NCBI RefSeq assembly: GCF_050250275.1
Contig: NZ_JBFWOY010000020.1
Span: 11,155-75,154 of the forward strand
Length of the DNA: 64,000 bases
Direction: 5' to 3'
DNA from: Pseudonocardia sp.
Lineage (GTDB): Bacteria > Actinomycetota > Actinomycetes > Mycobacteriales > Pseudonocardiaceae
Position numbers and translations under genes: made by a program. Positions 55,847-64,000 of the stretch are shown piece after piece. How positions within the stretch are numbered: the first letter of the stretch is position 1; every line of letters begins with the position of its first letter. Under the pieces are notes generated by a model. That model did no database searches, was not told the DNA's origin, and was given only the letters and a program-made list of their open reading frames with translations.

Positions 55847-57238
55847 ATGGCAGCTGGATCGGACTTCCTGCAGCTCGATCCCACGGGTGTCGCGCGCGGC
55901 GGGCTCGCCGGCTGGCTCGCCGATGCACTGCGCGGCGCGGTCGCGGACGGATCGCTGGGTGTCGGCGCGCGGCTGCCGGCGTCGCGCACCCTCGCGGCGG
56001 ACCTCGGCGTGTCCCGGGGCGTGGTCGTCGAGGCCTACCGGCGGCTCGCCGACGAGGGCCTGCTGACCACCGGCGGAGCCAGGGGGACGGTCGTCGCGAC
56101 GGTGCCGCGCCGGGCCCCGGTCGACCACGCGACCAGGCCGGCCCCGCCGGCGCTCGACCTCTCGCCGGGGCTGCCCGATCTCTCCGCCTTCCCGCGCGCG
56201 GCGTGGCTGCGAGCCGAGCGCGAGGTGCTGGACATGACGTCGGCGACCGACCTCGCCTACCCCGACCCGCGCGGCCATCCGGTGCTCCGGCACCAGCTCG
56301 CCGGGTGGCTGCGGCGTACTCGCGGAGTGCACGCGGCGGCCGACGACGTGATCGTCGTCGGCGGTGTCGCGCAGGGGCTGGCCATGCTGGCCCGGGTGCT
56401 GGTCCGGCGCGGCAGACCGGAGCTGGCCGTCGAGGACCCGGGATCGCGGGGCGCCCGGGAGCAGCTGGCGTTCTGGGGGCTGCGGCCCGTCGGGGTGCCG
56501 GTCGACGGCGACGGCATGGACGTGGCCGCGCTGCGCCGCACCGGGGCGACGACGGCGCTGCTCACCCCGGCGCACCAGTTCCCGACCGGTGTCGTGCTCG
56601 CCCCGGCCCGGCGCCGCGCGCTGCTGGCGTGGGCGGCCGACGGCGGGCTCGTCGTCGAGGACGACTACGACGCCGAGTTCCGTTACGACCGCGCGCCGGT
56701 GCCCGCGCTGCAGGGCCTCGCGCCGGACCGGGTCGCGCATGCCGGGAGTGTGTCGAAGACGCTCGCGCCGGGGCTTCGGCTGGGCTGGCTGGTCGCCCCG
56801 GCCGACCTGCGTGAGGAGCTGGTCCGCGAGCGGTACATGGCCGACCTGGGTGGGCCCGCGTTGCCGCAGCTGGTGTTCGCCCGACTGCTCGAGTCGGGTG
56901 CGCTGGAGCGTCATCTGCGGCGGGTGCGGGTGCGGCAGCGGGCTCGTCGCGACGCGATGCTGGCGGCGCTGGCCGAGCAGCTGCCGGCCGCGCAGGTGCA
57001 CGGGGTCGCGGCGGGCCTGCACCTGATGGTCACGTTCGAGGGGGACGACCGGGCGCTGGCCGCGGCGGCGGCCGCGGCGGGGGTGCTCGTCCAGGCTCTG
57101 TCGAGCCACCGGATGGCTCCGGGCCCGCCAGGGCTGGTTCTCGGGTACGCCGCGCAGTCCCCGGACCGGATCCGGCGGGCAGTGGCGCTGCTCGCACGGA
57201 CGGCGCAGCATCTGGCGCCGGACGTTAACGTTCGCTAA
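55847..57238 (+). CDS. MocR/PdxR-like regulator (GntR HTH fused to a PLP aminotransferase-like domain)
   Basis: The N-terminal [31 protein letters not shown] is a GntR wHTH. The C-terminal fold-type I domain has TPAHQFPTG and a [14 protein letters not shown] lysine context. ATG 55820 is an in-frame alternative. Confidence 0.9.
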   Translation: MAAGSDFLQLDPTGVARGGLAGWLADALRGAVADGSLGVGARLPASRTLAADLGVSRGVVVEAYRRLADEGLLTTGGARGTVVATVPRRAPVDHATRPAPPALDLSPGLPDLSAFPRAAWLRAEREVLDMTSATDLAYPDPRGHPVLRHQLAGWLRRTRGVHAAADDVIVVGGVAQGLAMLARVLVRRGRPELAVEDPGSRGAREQLAFWGLRPVGVPVDGDGMDVAALRRTGATTALLTPAHQFPTGVVLAPARRRALLAWAADGGLVVEDDYDAEFRYDRAPVPALQGLAPDRVAHAGSVSKTLAPGLRLGWLVAPADLREELVRERYMADLGGPALPQLVFARLLESGALERHLRRVRVRQRARRDAMLAALAEQLPAAQVHGVAAGLHLMVTFEGDDRALAAAAAAAGVLVQALSSHRMAPGPPGLVLGYAAQSPDRIRRAVALLARTAQHLAPDVNVR

Positions 57239-57257
57239 CCTGTTAACGATCGCTAAC
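57224..57257. promoter_or_regulatory. two tandem GTTAA-N6-CTAAC boxes immediately upstream of the carboxylase operon
   Basis: gttaacgttcgctaac (57224-57239) and gttaacgatcgctaac (57242-57257). The first overlaps the MocR stop codon. The second ends 15 nt before ATG 57273. Confidence 0.65.
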
Positions 57258-57272
57258 ATGCTTGGAGGGTCG

Positions 57273-58850
57273 ATGACGAGCCCGACCGAGGCCCCCGTGC
57301 TCGCCACGGCGGCCGATCCCGGCGCCGACACGTTCGCGCGCAACGCCTCCGCCCACCGCGACCTCGTCGCCGACCTCAACGCGACGCTCGCCACCGCCCG
57401 CCTCGGCGGGCCCGCACGCAGCCGCGAACGGCACGTCGCCCGCGGCAAGCTCCTCCCGCGCGACCGCGTCGACGCCCTGCTCGACCCGTCGTCGCCCTTC
57501 CTGGAGCTCTCCCCACTCGCCGCCCACGGCCTCTACGGCGGCGACGCCCCGGGCGCCGGGATGATCACCGGCGTCGGCCGGGTGTCGGGCCGCGAATGCG
57601 TGATCGTCGCCAACGACGCCACCGTCAAGGGCGGCACCTACTACCCGATGACGGTCAAGAAGCACCTCCGCGCACAAGAGGTGGCCCTGCACAACAAGCT
57701 CCCGTGCGTCTACCTCGTCGACTCCGGCGGCGCCTTCCTCCCGCAGCAGGACGACGTCTTCCCCGACCGCGAGCACTTCGGCCGCATCTTCTACAACCAG
57801 GCCACGATGTCGGGGCTCGGCATCCCGCAGATCGCCGCCGTCATGGGCTCCTGCACCGCGGGCGGCGCCTACGTCCCCGCGATGAGCGACGAGGCCGTCA
57901 TCGTCCGCGACCAGGGCACGATCTTCCTCGGCGGCCCGCCGCTGGTGAAGGCCGCGACCGGCGAGGTCGTCACCGCCGAGGAGCTGGGCGGGGGCGCCCT
58001 GCACTCCCGCACCTCCGGCGTCACCGACCACCTCGCCGACGACGACGCGCACGCGCTGCAGATCGTCCGCTCCATCGTCGCGACGCTAGGCCCGCGTGCT
58101 CCGCGGCCGTGGACCACGGTTCCGACGGAGGAGCCGGTCGTCGACCCCGCCGAGCTCTACGGCATGGTCCCCACCGACAGCCGCACCCCCTACGACGTCC
58201 GCGAGGTCGTCGCGCGGATCGTCGACGGTTCGCGGTTCCACGAGTTCAAGGCCGAGTACGGCACGACGCTCGTCACCGGGTTCGCCCACATCCACGGCCA
58301 CCCCGTCGGCATCATCGCCAACAACGGCATCCTGTTCAGCGAGTCCGCGGTCAAGGGCGCGCACTTCGTCGAGCTCTGCGACCAGCGCGGCATCCCGCTG
58401 GTGTTCCTGCAGAACATCTCCGGCTTCATGGTCGGCCGCGAGTACGAGGCGGGCGGCATCGCCAAGAACGGCGCCAAGATGGTCACCGCCGTGGCGTCGA
58501 CGCGGGTGCCGAAGCTGACCGTCGTCATCGGCGGCTCGTTCGGCGCCGGGAACTACGCCATGTGCGGGCGGGCCTACTCGCCGCGCTTCCTGTTCATGTG
58601 GCCCAACGCCCGCATCTCCGTCATGGGCGGGGAGCAGGCCGCGACCGTCCTCGGAACGGTCGGCAACGCCGACCCCGAGGCCATCCGCGCGCAGTACGAG
58701 GAGCAGGGCCACCCCTACTACTCCTCGGCCCGCCTGTGGGACGACGGCGTGATCGACCCCGCCGACACCCGTCGCGTCCTCGGCCTGTCCCTCTCGATCG
58801 CCGCCAACGCGCCCCTCGGGGACCCCGCGTTCGGCGTCTTCCGGATGTGA
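57273..58850 (+). CDS. methylcrotonyl-CoA carboxylase beta subunit (carboxyltransferase, AccD1-like)
   Basis: [60 protein letters not shown] and [30 protein letters not shown] track the MCC-beta sequence closely. GGAGGG lies upstream of ATG 57273. Confidence 0.92.
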   Translation: MTSPTEAPVLATAADPGADTFARNASAHRDLVADLNATLATARLGGPARSRERHVARGKLLPRDRVDALLDPSSPFLELSPLAAHGLYGGDAPGAGMITGVGRVSGRECVIVANDATVKGGTYYPMTVKKHLRAQEVALHNKLPCVYLVDSGGAFLPQQDDVFPDREHFGRIFYNQATMSGLGIPQIAAVMGSCTAGGAYVPAMSDEAVIVRDQGTIFLGGPPLVKAATGEVVTAEELGGGALHSRTSGVTDHLADDDAHALQIVRSIVATLGPRAPRPWTTVPTEEPVVDPAELYGMVPTDSRTPYDVREVVARIVDGSRFHEFKAEYGTTLVTGFAHIHGHPVGIIANNGILFSESAVKGAHFVELCDQRGIPLVFLQNISGFMVGREYEAGGIAKNGAKMVTAVASTRVPKLTVVIGGSFGAGNYAMCGRAYSPRFLFMWPNARISVMGGEQAATVLGTVGNADPEAIRAQYEEQGHPYYSSARLWDDGVIDPADTRRVLGLSLSIAANAPLGDPAFGVFRM

Positions 58851-58908
58851 GCGCCGTGCGCGGGTGGCCCCCCGTTCCTGCAGATGGCGTCGACCCCGAG
58901 GAGGTCCC

Positions 58909-60909
58909 GTGTTCAGCACCGTGATGGTCGCCAACCGCGGCGAGATCGCGCTGCGGGTCATCCGCACCCTGCGCCGCCTCGGCATCCGCTCGGTCGCGGT
59001 CCACTCCGACGCCGACGCGGGATCGCCGCACGTGGCGGCCGCCGACGTCGCCGTCCGGCTCGGCCCCGCCGCGGCGGCCGAGAGCTATCTGTCGATCGAG
59101 CGCGTTCTCCACGCGGCGCGGGCCACGGGTGCCGAGGCCATCCACCCCGGCTACGGCTTCCTGAGCGAGAACACCGCCTTCGCGGCGGCGTGCGAGGCCG
59201 CGGGGATCGTGTTCGTCGGCCCGCCGGCATCGGCGATCGAGGCGATGGGCGACAAGATCCGCGCCAAGCAGACCGTCGCCAAGGCGGGGGTGCCGGTCGT
59301 CCCCGGGTCCGACGGCGCCGGCCTCTCCGACGCCGACCTCGCCGCCGCCGTCGACGAGATCGGCTACCCGGTGCTGCTCAAGCCGTCCGCCGGTGGCGGC
59401 GGCAAGGGCATGGTCGAGGTCCACCACGCCGCCGATCTCGCCGAGGCCATCGTCGGTGCCCGGCGGGTGGCCAAGGGCGCGTTCGGCGACGACACGCTGC
59501 TCGTCGAACGCCTCGTCACCACGCCGCGGCACATCGAGATCCAGGTCATGGCCGACGCCCACGGCACCGTCGTGCACCTGGGCGAGCGCGAGTGCTCGCT
59601 GCAGCGCCGGCACCAGAAGATCGTCGAGGAGGCGCCGTCGGCGCTGCTCACCCCCGAGCAGCGGGACCGGATGGGCGCGGCCGCGGTCGAGGCGGCCCGG
59701 TCGGTCGGCTACACCGGGGCGGGCACCGTCGAGTTCATCGTGGGCGGCGACCGGCCCGACGAGTTCTTCTTCATGGAGATGAACACCCGGCTGCAGGTCG
59801 AGCACCCGGTCACCGAGATGGTCACCGGGCTCGACCTGGTCGAGCTGCAGCTGCGGGTCGCCGCCGGCGAGCCCCTGCCGCTCACCCAGGACGACGTGCG
59901 CCTCGACGGCCACGCGATCGAGGTCCGCGTCTACGCCGAGGATCCCGGCGCCGGGTTCCTCCCGACGGGCGGGCGCGTCCTCGCGTTCGACGCGCCCACG
60001 GGCGCCGGGCTCCGGGTCGACGCGGGCATCGAGGCGGGCGGGGTCGTCGGCTCCGACTACGACCCCATGCTTGCCAAGGTCATCGCCCACGGCGCCGACC
60101 GCGACGAGGCCCTCCGCCGTCTCGACACCGCGCTGGCGAACACCACCCTGCTCGGGTTGGGCACCAACATCGGGTTCCTGCGCGCCCTGCTCGCCGACGA
60201 CGACGTCCGCGCCGCGAACCTGGACACCGGGCTCGTCGGCCGCCGCCTCGACGACTGGGCTGCCGCCGACCTCCCCACCGACGTCCTCGGCGTCGCGACG
60301 GGGGTCGCGCTGCTGGACCTCGAACCGCGGGGCGCCGTCGTCGACCCCTTCGACATCCCCGGCGGTTGGCGCCTCGGCGACGTCGCCGCGACGACCCGCA
60401 CCCTGCTGGTCCCCGGGCACGAGCCGGTCGAGGTCACGGCCCGCGGCCGCGCCGCGGCCGCGTCCCTGACGATCGGCGACTCGCCGGAGGAGAGCACCAG
60501 CACAGCGCCTGTGGGCGGCGATGGTCGCGACAGCGACTACCGCCACTCACAGGGCGGGGTCACCCGGCGCTACCGAGCGGCGCGCGCCGCCGACGGAACG
60601 CTCTGGATCGGCCGTGACGGGTACGCCTGGGCCGTGCGGGAGCAGGGTCGGCTGGAGGCTGCGCGCGCCGACTCCGCGGCGGCGGGCGGGCCCGTCGTCA
60701 GTCCGATGCCCGGCACCGTGACGGTCGTCGACGTGGCCGAGGGCGACACCGTCGTAGCAGGTCAGCGGCTCGTCGTCGTCGAGGCCATGAAGATGGAGCA
60801 CGTCCTCACCGCACCGGCCGACGGTGTGGTCCGCGAGCTGCGCGCCCGCGCGGGCGCGACGGTTGCCAAGGACGCGGTCCTGCTGCACGTACAGACGGAG
60901 GAGGAGTAG
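58909..60909 (+). CDS. acyl-CoA carboxylase alpha subunit (biotin carboxylase plus BCCP, AccA1/MccA-like)
   Basis: [47 protein letters not shown] and the C-terminal biotinylation motif [12 protein letters not shown] 58909 is preceded by GAGGAGG. Confidence 0.94.
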   Translation: MFSTVMVANRGEIALRVIRTLRRLGIRSVAVHSDADAGSPHVAAADVAVRLGPAAAAESYLSIERVLHAARATGAEAIHPGYGFLSENTAFAAACEAAGIVFVGPPASAIEAMGDKIRAKQTVAKAGVPVVPGSDGAGLSDADLAAAVDEIGYPVLLKPSAGGGGKGMVEVHHAADLAEAIVGARRVAKGAFGDDTLLVERLVTTPRHIEIQVMADAHGTVVHLGERECSLQRRHQKIVEEAPSALLTPEQRDRMGAAAVEAARSVGYTGAGTVEFIVGGDRPDEFFFMEMNTRLQVEHPVTEMVTGLDLVELQLRVAAGEPLPLTQDDVRLDGHAIEVRVYAEDPGAGFLPTGGRVLAFDAPTGAGLRVDAGIEAGGVVGSDYDPMLAKVIAHGADRDEALRRLDTALANTTLLGLGTNIGFLRALLADDDVRAANLDTGLVGRRLDDWAAADLPTDVLGVATGVALLDLEPRGAVVDPFDIPGGWRLGDVAATTRTLLVPGHEPVEVTARGRAAAASLTIGDSPEESTSTAPVGGDGRDSDYRHSQGGVTRRYRAARAADGTLWIGRDGYAWAVREQGRLEAARADSAAAGGPVVSPMPGTVTVVDVAEGDTVVAGQRLVVVEAMKMEHVLTAPADGVVRELRARAGATVAKDAVLLHVQTEEE

Positions 60910-62057
60910 TGGAGCTGGAACTCAGCGAGGAGCAGGAAGCCCTGCGCCAGACGGTCGAGGACTTCGCGCGCAAGGAGGTCGCCCCCGTCATCGGCGGCTT
61001 CTACGAGCGCGAGGAGTTCCCCTACGACCTCGTCGCGAAGATGGGCCGGATGGGGCTGTTCGGGCTGCCCGTCTCCGAGGAGCACGGCGGCATGGGCGGC
61101 GACTACACGGCGCTGTGCATCGCGCTGGAGGAGCTGGGACGGGTCGACTCGTCGGTCGCGATCACCCTGGAGGCCGGCGTCTCCCTGGGGCTCATGCCGA
61201 TCTACAGGTTCGGCACCGATGCGCAGAAGGCCCGCTGGCTGCCTTCGCTGGTCGCCGGGGAGCACCTCGGTGCGTTCGGGCTGACCGAGCCCGGCGGCGG
61301 CTCCGACGCGGGCGCCACCCGCACCACCGCCCGCCTCGACGGCGACGAGTGGGTCATCAACGGCTCGAAGTCGTTCATCACCAACTCCGGCACCGACATC
61401 ACCTCCGTCGTCACCGTCACCGCGATCACCGGTGAACGCGACGGCGGGAAGAAGGAGATCTCCGCGATCCTCGTCCCGTCGGGGACACCCGGGTTCTCGG
61501 TGGCGCCCAAGTACTCCAAGGTCGGCTGGAACGCCTCCGACACCCACGAGCTGTCGTTCGACGACTGCCGGGTCCCCGCCGAGAACCTGCTCGGCGAGCG
61601 TGGCCGCGGCTACGCCCAGTTCCTGTCGATCCTCGACGAGGGCCGGGTCGCCATCGCCGCGCTCGGCACCGGGCTCGCGCAGGGCTGCGTCGACGAGTCG
61701 GTCCGCTACGCCCACGAGCGCGAGGCGTTCGGCCACCCGATCGGCAGCTACCAGGCGATCCAGTTCAAGATCGCCGAGATGGAGACGCGCGCCCACACTT
61801 CGCGGCTGGCCTGGTACGCGGCGGCGGCGAAGATGCAGGCGTGCAAGCCGTTCAAGAAGGAGGCGGCGATCGCGAAGCTGGTGTCGTCGAACGCGGCGAT
61901 GGACAACGCCCGCGACGCCACGCAGGTCTTCGGCGGCTACGGCTTCATGAACGAGTTCCCCGTGGGCCGCTTCTACCGCGACGCCAAGATCCTCGAGATC
62001 GGCGAGGGCACCTCGGAGGTCCAGAAGATGCTGATCGCCCGCCAGCTCGGCCTGTAG
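60909..62057 (+). CDS. acyl-CoA dehydrogenase (isovaleryl/short-branched-chain type)
   Basis: GAFGLTEPGGGSDAG, WVINGSKSFITN, YAHEREAFG.PIGSYQAIQFKIAEM and EIGEGTSEVQ. GTG overlaps the upstream TAG. Confidence 0.93.
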   Translation: MELELSEEQEALRQTVEDFARKEVAPVIGGFYEREEFPYDLVAKMGRMGLFGLPVSEEHGGMGGDYTALCIALEELGRVDSSVAITLEAGVSLGLMPIYRFGTDAQKARWLPSLVAGEHLGAFGLTEPGGGSDAGATRTTARLDGDEWVINGSKSFITNSGTDITSVVTVTAITGERDGGKKEISAILVPSGTPGFSVAPKYSKVGWNASDTHELSFDDCRVPAENLLGERGRGYAQFLSILDEGRVAIAALGTGLAQGCVDESVRYAHEREAFGHPIGSYQAIQFKIAEMETRAHTSRLAWYAAAAKMQACKPFKKEAAIAKLVSSNAAMDNARDATQVFGGYGFMNEFPVGRFYRDAKILEIGEGTSEVQKMLIARQLGL

Positions 62058-62112
62058 CGGTCGGCCACGCCGATCGCGGTACGGTCGCGTCGAACGACCG
62101 GGAGGAGCCGCT

Positions 62113-62502
62113 GTGGCCAGCTGGGACGATCTCGTCTCCTACGTGCGGGTGCGCTACGAGATCATGCGCCAGCACGAGCAGGAGCTGTGGTTCAACCTGC
62201 CGACGACGGGCGAGCGCACGCAGCTCGTCGTCGTGCGCCAGGTGGTCGGCGACGACGGGCACACGTGGGCGCAGATCTCGTCGCCGATCTGCCGCGTCGC
62301 GGAGGTCGACCTGATGGAGCTGCTGTCGCTCGCCGGGGCGTCGGTCGTCGGCGGCGTGGTGGCGGTCGACGGGGTCGCGGTGTTCCGGCACTCGGTCCCG
62401 CTGGGCGATGCCAACCTCGCCAGTTTCGACCGCCCGTTCCGCCACGTGGCCGACGTCGCGGACGACCTCGAGGAGAAGCTCACCGGCCGCGACGAGCACT
62501 AG
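62113..62502 (+). CDS. hypothetical protein (possibly YbjN-like sensory/chaperone fold)
   Basis: 129-aa ORF with good codon bias: MASWDDLVSYVRVRYEIMRQHEQELWFNLPTTGERTQLVVVRQV... The family assignment is only a weak impression. Confidence 0.55.
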   Translation: MASWDDLVSYVRVRYEIMRQHEQELWFNLPTTGERTQLVVVRQVVGDDGHTWAQISSPICRVAEVDLMELLSLAGASVVGGVVAVDGVAVFRHSVPLGDANLASFDRPFRHVADVADDLEEKLTGRDEH

Positions 62503-62520
62503 CCGATCAGGAGATCGGCT
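62501..62520. terminator. perfect 8-bp stem / 4-nt loop hairpin shared by convergent ORFs
   Basis: agccgatc-agga-gatcggct. It starts inside the TAG of the plus-strand ORF (62500-62502) and contains the TGA (62507-62509, minus) of the 55-aa ORF. Confidence 0.5.
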
Positions 62521-62674
62521 CCAGCGCCTGGTCGACGACGACGCGCAGGCGGGCGAGGAGCTCGTCGGCCTCGGCCCAGGTGAGCACGCCCGACCGGATG
62601 CCCAACCGGATCTCCTCGGCGACCGTCCGCGAGAAGTGTGTCGCCCACTCGGACCGTGTCCACCCTGCGTTCAT
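62507..62674 (-). CDS. small hypothetical protein (55 aa), absent from the supplied ORF track
   Basis: Hand translation of the minus strand gives MNAGWTRSEWATHFSRTVAEEIRLGIRSGVLTWAEADELLARLRVVVDQALEPIS. About 50 of 55 codons end in G/C. It lies downstream of surE on the same strand. Confidence 0.4.
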   Translation of the reverse strand: MNAGWTRSEWATHFSRTVAEEIRLGIRSGVLTWAEADELLARLRVVVDQALEPIS

Positions 62675-62762
62675 CCGCAGATGGTGCCCTGCGCCACAGC
62701 GCGTGCACGATCCGGGGGACTCGGTGACGGAAAGTCACCGACGACTACGCTGAGCGAGCCAC

Positions 62763-63614
62763 TCAGTGGCGGCCCGACGCCGCCACCCCCAGCACCCCAG
62801 GCACAGCGGTGACCGTCCGCAGTTCGGTGAGGGTCGGGTGCCCCGCCGCCAGCAGTGCGATGTCACTGTCCGCGGCCGGCTCCTCGGCCACGGTGCGCAA
62901 CGACGACAACAGCATGCTGTGCGGGTCACCCTCCCGGTGCTCGACGACGACCTGCGCGTTGCCGAACCGTGCCAGCTCCGCCTCCCGCAGCTCCCGCAAC
63001 GAGCCCGGTGCGACATCGGGGACGTTCAGCGACAGCACGGTGCCGGGATCGCGTGCCAGCAGCAGGTCGAGCACCTCGGGGACGAGGGCCGTCGCCGCCT
63101 CCCAGTGCGGAGCCTCGGGCGCGACCCAGCCCGTGTCGAGTGAGACGGCGAGGCCGTACCAGCCCTGCAGGCTCGCGGTCAGCGCGGCGCCGACCGTCCC
63201 GGAGTGCAGAACGGCGCGCCCGACGTTCGCACCCAGGTTGATCCCGGAGACGACGACATCGGGCGCCGGGTCCAGCCAGCCACGGCCCGCGGCGTAGACG
63301 ATGTAGGCGGGGTGCCCCTCGACGGCGTGGGCGGTGACGTCGTCCAGACCCGGGAGGGTCCGGGGATGGACCCGGACACCGCCGTCGTCACGCACCGAGA
63401 GCACGGAGGCGGCGACGCCGCTCGAGTCGACGTGCGGGGCCGCGACGACGACCTCGAGACCCGCGTCGCGGACCACGGCGGCGAGTGCCCACAGGCCGGG
63501 GGAGTCGATGCCGTCGTCGTTGGTGATCAGGGCCCGCAGGCGCCGGGAAGAAGCCACGTCCTCCACGGTAGGCGAGCGCCCGCCCCGGCGCGGGACGGAC
63601 GAGAGCAGCCCCAC
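62763..63614 (-). CDS. surE: 5'/3'-nucleotidase SurE
   Basis: RALITNDDGIDSPGLWALA...VVVAAPHVDSSGVAAS...SGINLGANVGRAVLHSGTVGAAL. The true start is probably GTG 63557 or 63566 rather than 63614. Confidence 0.9.
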   Translation of the reverse strand: MGLLSSVPRRGGRSPTVEDVASSRRLRALITNDDGIDSPGLWALAAVVRDAGLEVVVAAPHVDSSGVAASVLSVRDDGGVRVHPRTLPGLDDVTAHAVEGHPAYIVYAAGRGWLDPAPDVVVSGINLGANVGRAVLHSGTVGAALTASLQGWYGLAVSLDTGWVAPEAPHWEAATALVPEVLDLLLARDPGTVLSLNVPDVAPGSLRELREAELARFGNAQVVVEHREGDPHSMLLSSLRTVAEEPAADSDIALLAAGHPTLTELRTVTAVPGVLGVAASGRH

Positions 63615-63648
63615 CCGCGCAACCGCCGTCGTCGCCCGCCGGTCGCCG

Positions 63649-64000
63649 TCAGTTCAGGTTGGCGAGCTGGGAGCGGGCCTTGTCGCGCAGGGCGTCGCGC
63701 TGCGCGGCGTCGAGGGGGGCGTCGGTGTCCTCGGCGGCCTTGCGCAGAATCCGGGCGGCCTCGGGCCAGCGGGCCTGGGCACCGAGCGCCTCGGCCAGGT
63801 CGGTGAGCAGGGGGACGGCGGTCTCCGCGGGCCCGGGGAACGTGAGCCGCATCCGCAGCACCCATTCGAGGTCGGCGGGCCGGCGGCGGCGGGCGTAGAC
63901 GCCGCGGAGGTTCTCCAGCATCCGGATGAGGATCTGGCGGTGCGTCACGCGCGGCAGCAGGTCGCGGTGGAACGGGACCGACCCCGCCGCGGCGCCGGTG
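63649..64000 (-). CDS. SirB1-like / transglutaminase-TPR family protein, 5' end outside window (partial)
   Basis: The frame stays open to the window edge (..FHRDLLPRVTHRQILIRMLENLRGVYARRRRPADLEWVLRMRL..), resembling the C-terminal TPR-like part of UPF0162/SirB1 proteins. Confidence 0.6.
   Translation of the reverse strand, partial: TGAAAGSVPFHRDLLPRVTHRQILIRMLENLRGVYARRRRPADLEWVLRMRLTFPGPAETAVPLLTDLAEALGAQARWPEAARILRKAAEDTDAPLDAAQRDALRDKARSQLANLN

Noticed and set aside
62499-62738. 79-aa minus-strand ORF from the track (MTFRHRVPRIVHALWRRAPS...)
   Set aside because: It has Arg/Pro/Gly-rich low-complexity composition. A different frame on the same strand gives a shorter ORF with much better codon bias and protein-like sequence (62507-62674).
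1-64000. Mobile-element boundaries (IS, integrase, tRNA-linked island) around the siderophore locus, and any rRNA, tRNA or tmRNA genes
   Set aside because: No transposase, integrase or recombinase-like ORFs, no long terminal inverted or direct repeats flanking 30.6-53.8 kb, and no tRNA-like sequences were recognised by eye. The absence cannot be proven without tRNAscan or Infernal.

Overview
Very GC-rich (visually above 70%, not computed) actinobacterial chromosomal segment with about 50 protein-coding genes. I found no rRNA, tRNA, CRISPR, transposase or integrase. Most of the window is ordinary metabolism and transport. This includes an ABC exporter, a PadR-controlled carotenoid-oxygenase operon, an MFS pump, map, a TetR/acyl-CoA-oxidase and thiolase/FabG4-like/MaoC fatty-acid divergon, a HAMP adenylate cyclase, pxpABC, ppc, a methylcrotonyl-CoA carboxylase operon with its TetR repressor, and surE.

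The stand-out region is 30.6-53.8 kb, an iron-acquisition island. Its core is a single translationally coupled minus-strand operon: ornithine/lysine N-monooxygenase, MbtH, siderophore-binding lipoprotein, a 4817-aa four-module NRPS, and two exporter-fold ABC half-transporters. The operon is fronted by an IdeR/DmdR-like iron box. It is flanked by an N-terminally short siderophore-interacting protein and a P1B-4 (SPC-motif) metal-efflux ATPase.

The NRPS has several unusual features.
- Its architecture is A-T / C-A-T / C-A-T-E / C-A-T-E, ending in a genuine epimerization domain with no TE, R or terminal C release domain.
- Two of its three condensation domains carry HLxxWDG instead of HHxxxDG.
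- Three A domains read as N5-hydroxyornithine-type codes (DMENLGLINK twice, DMDNLGLVNK once).
- No N-acyl or formyl transferase is visible in the operon.
- The ABC pair is strongly asymmetric, with one fully degenerate ATP site.

I propose, as a hypothesis only, a tris-hydroxamate product whose hydroxamates are made by the assembly line itself (backbone and terminal-cyclic hydroxamates).

Other points of note are a dispersed GGTTGCGC-core palindromic repeat family, several candidate operator sites (PadR, AccR/BkaR-like TetR, FadR-like TetR), back-to-back gene remnants near 0.7-1.1 kb, and a 55-aa ORF missing from the ORF track.

All calls rest on reading the translated ORFs and the DNA by eye. 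No searches were run, and family assignments come from remembered motifs.
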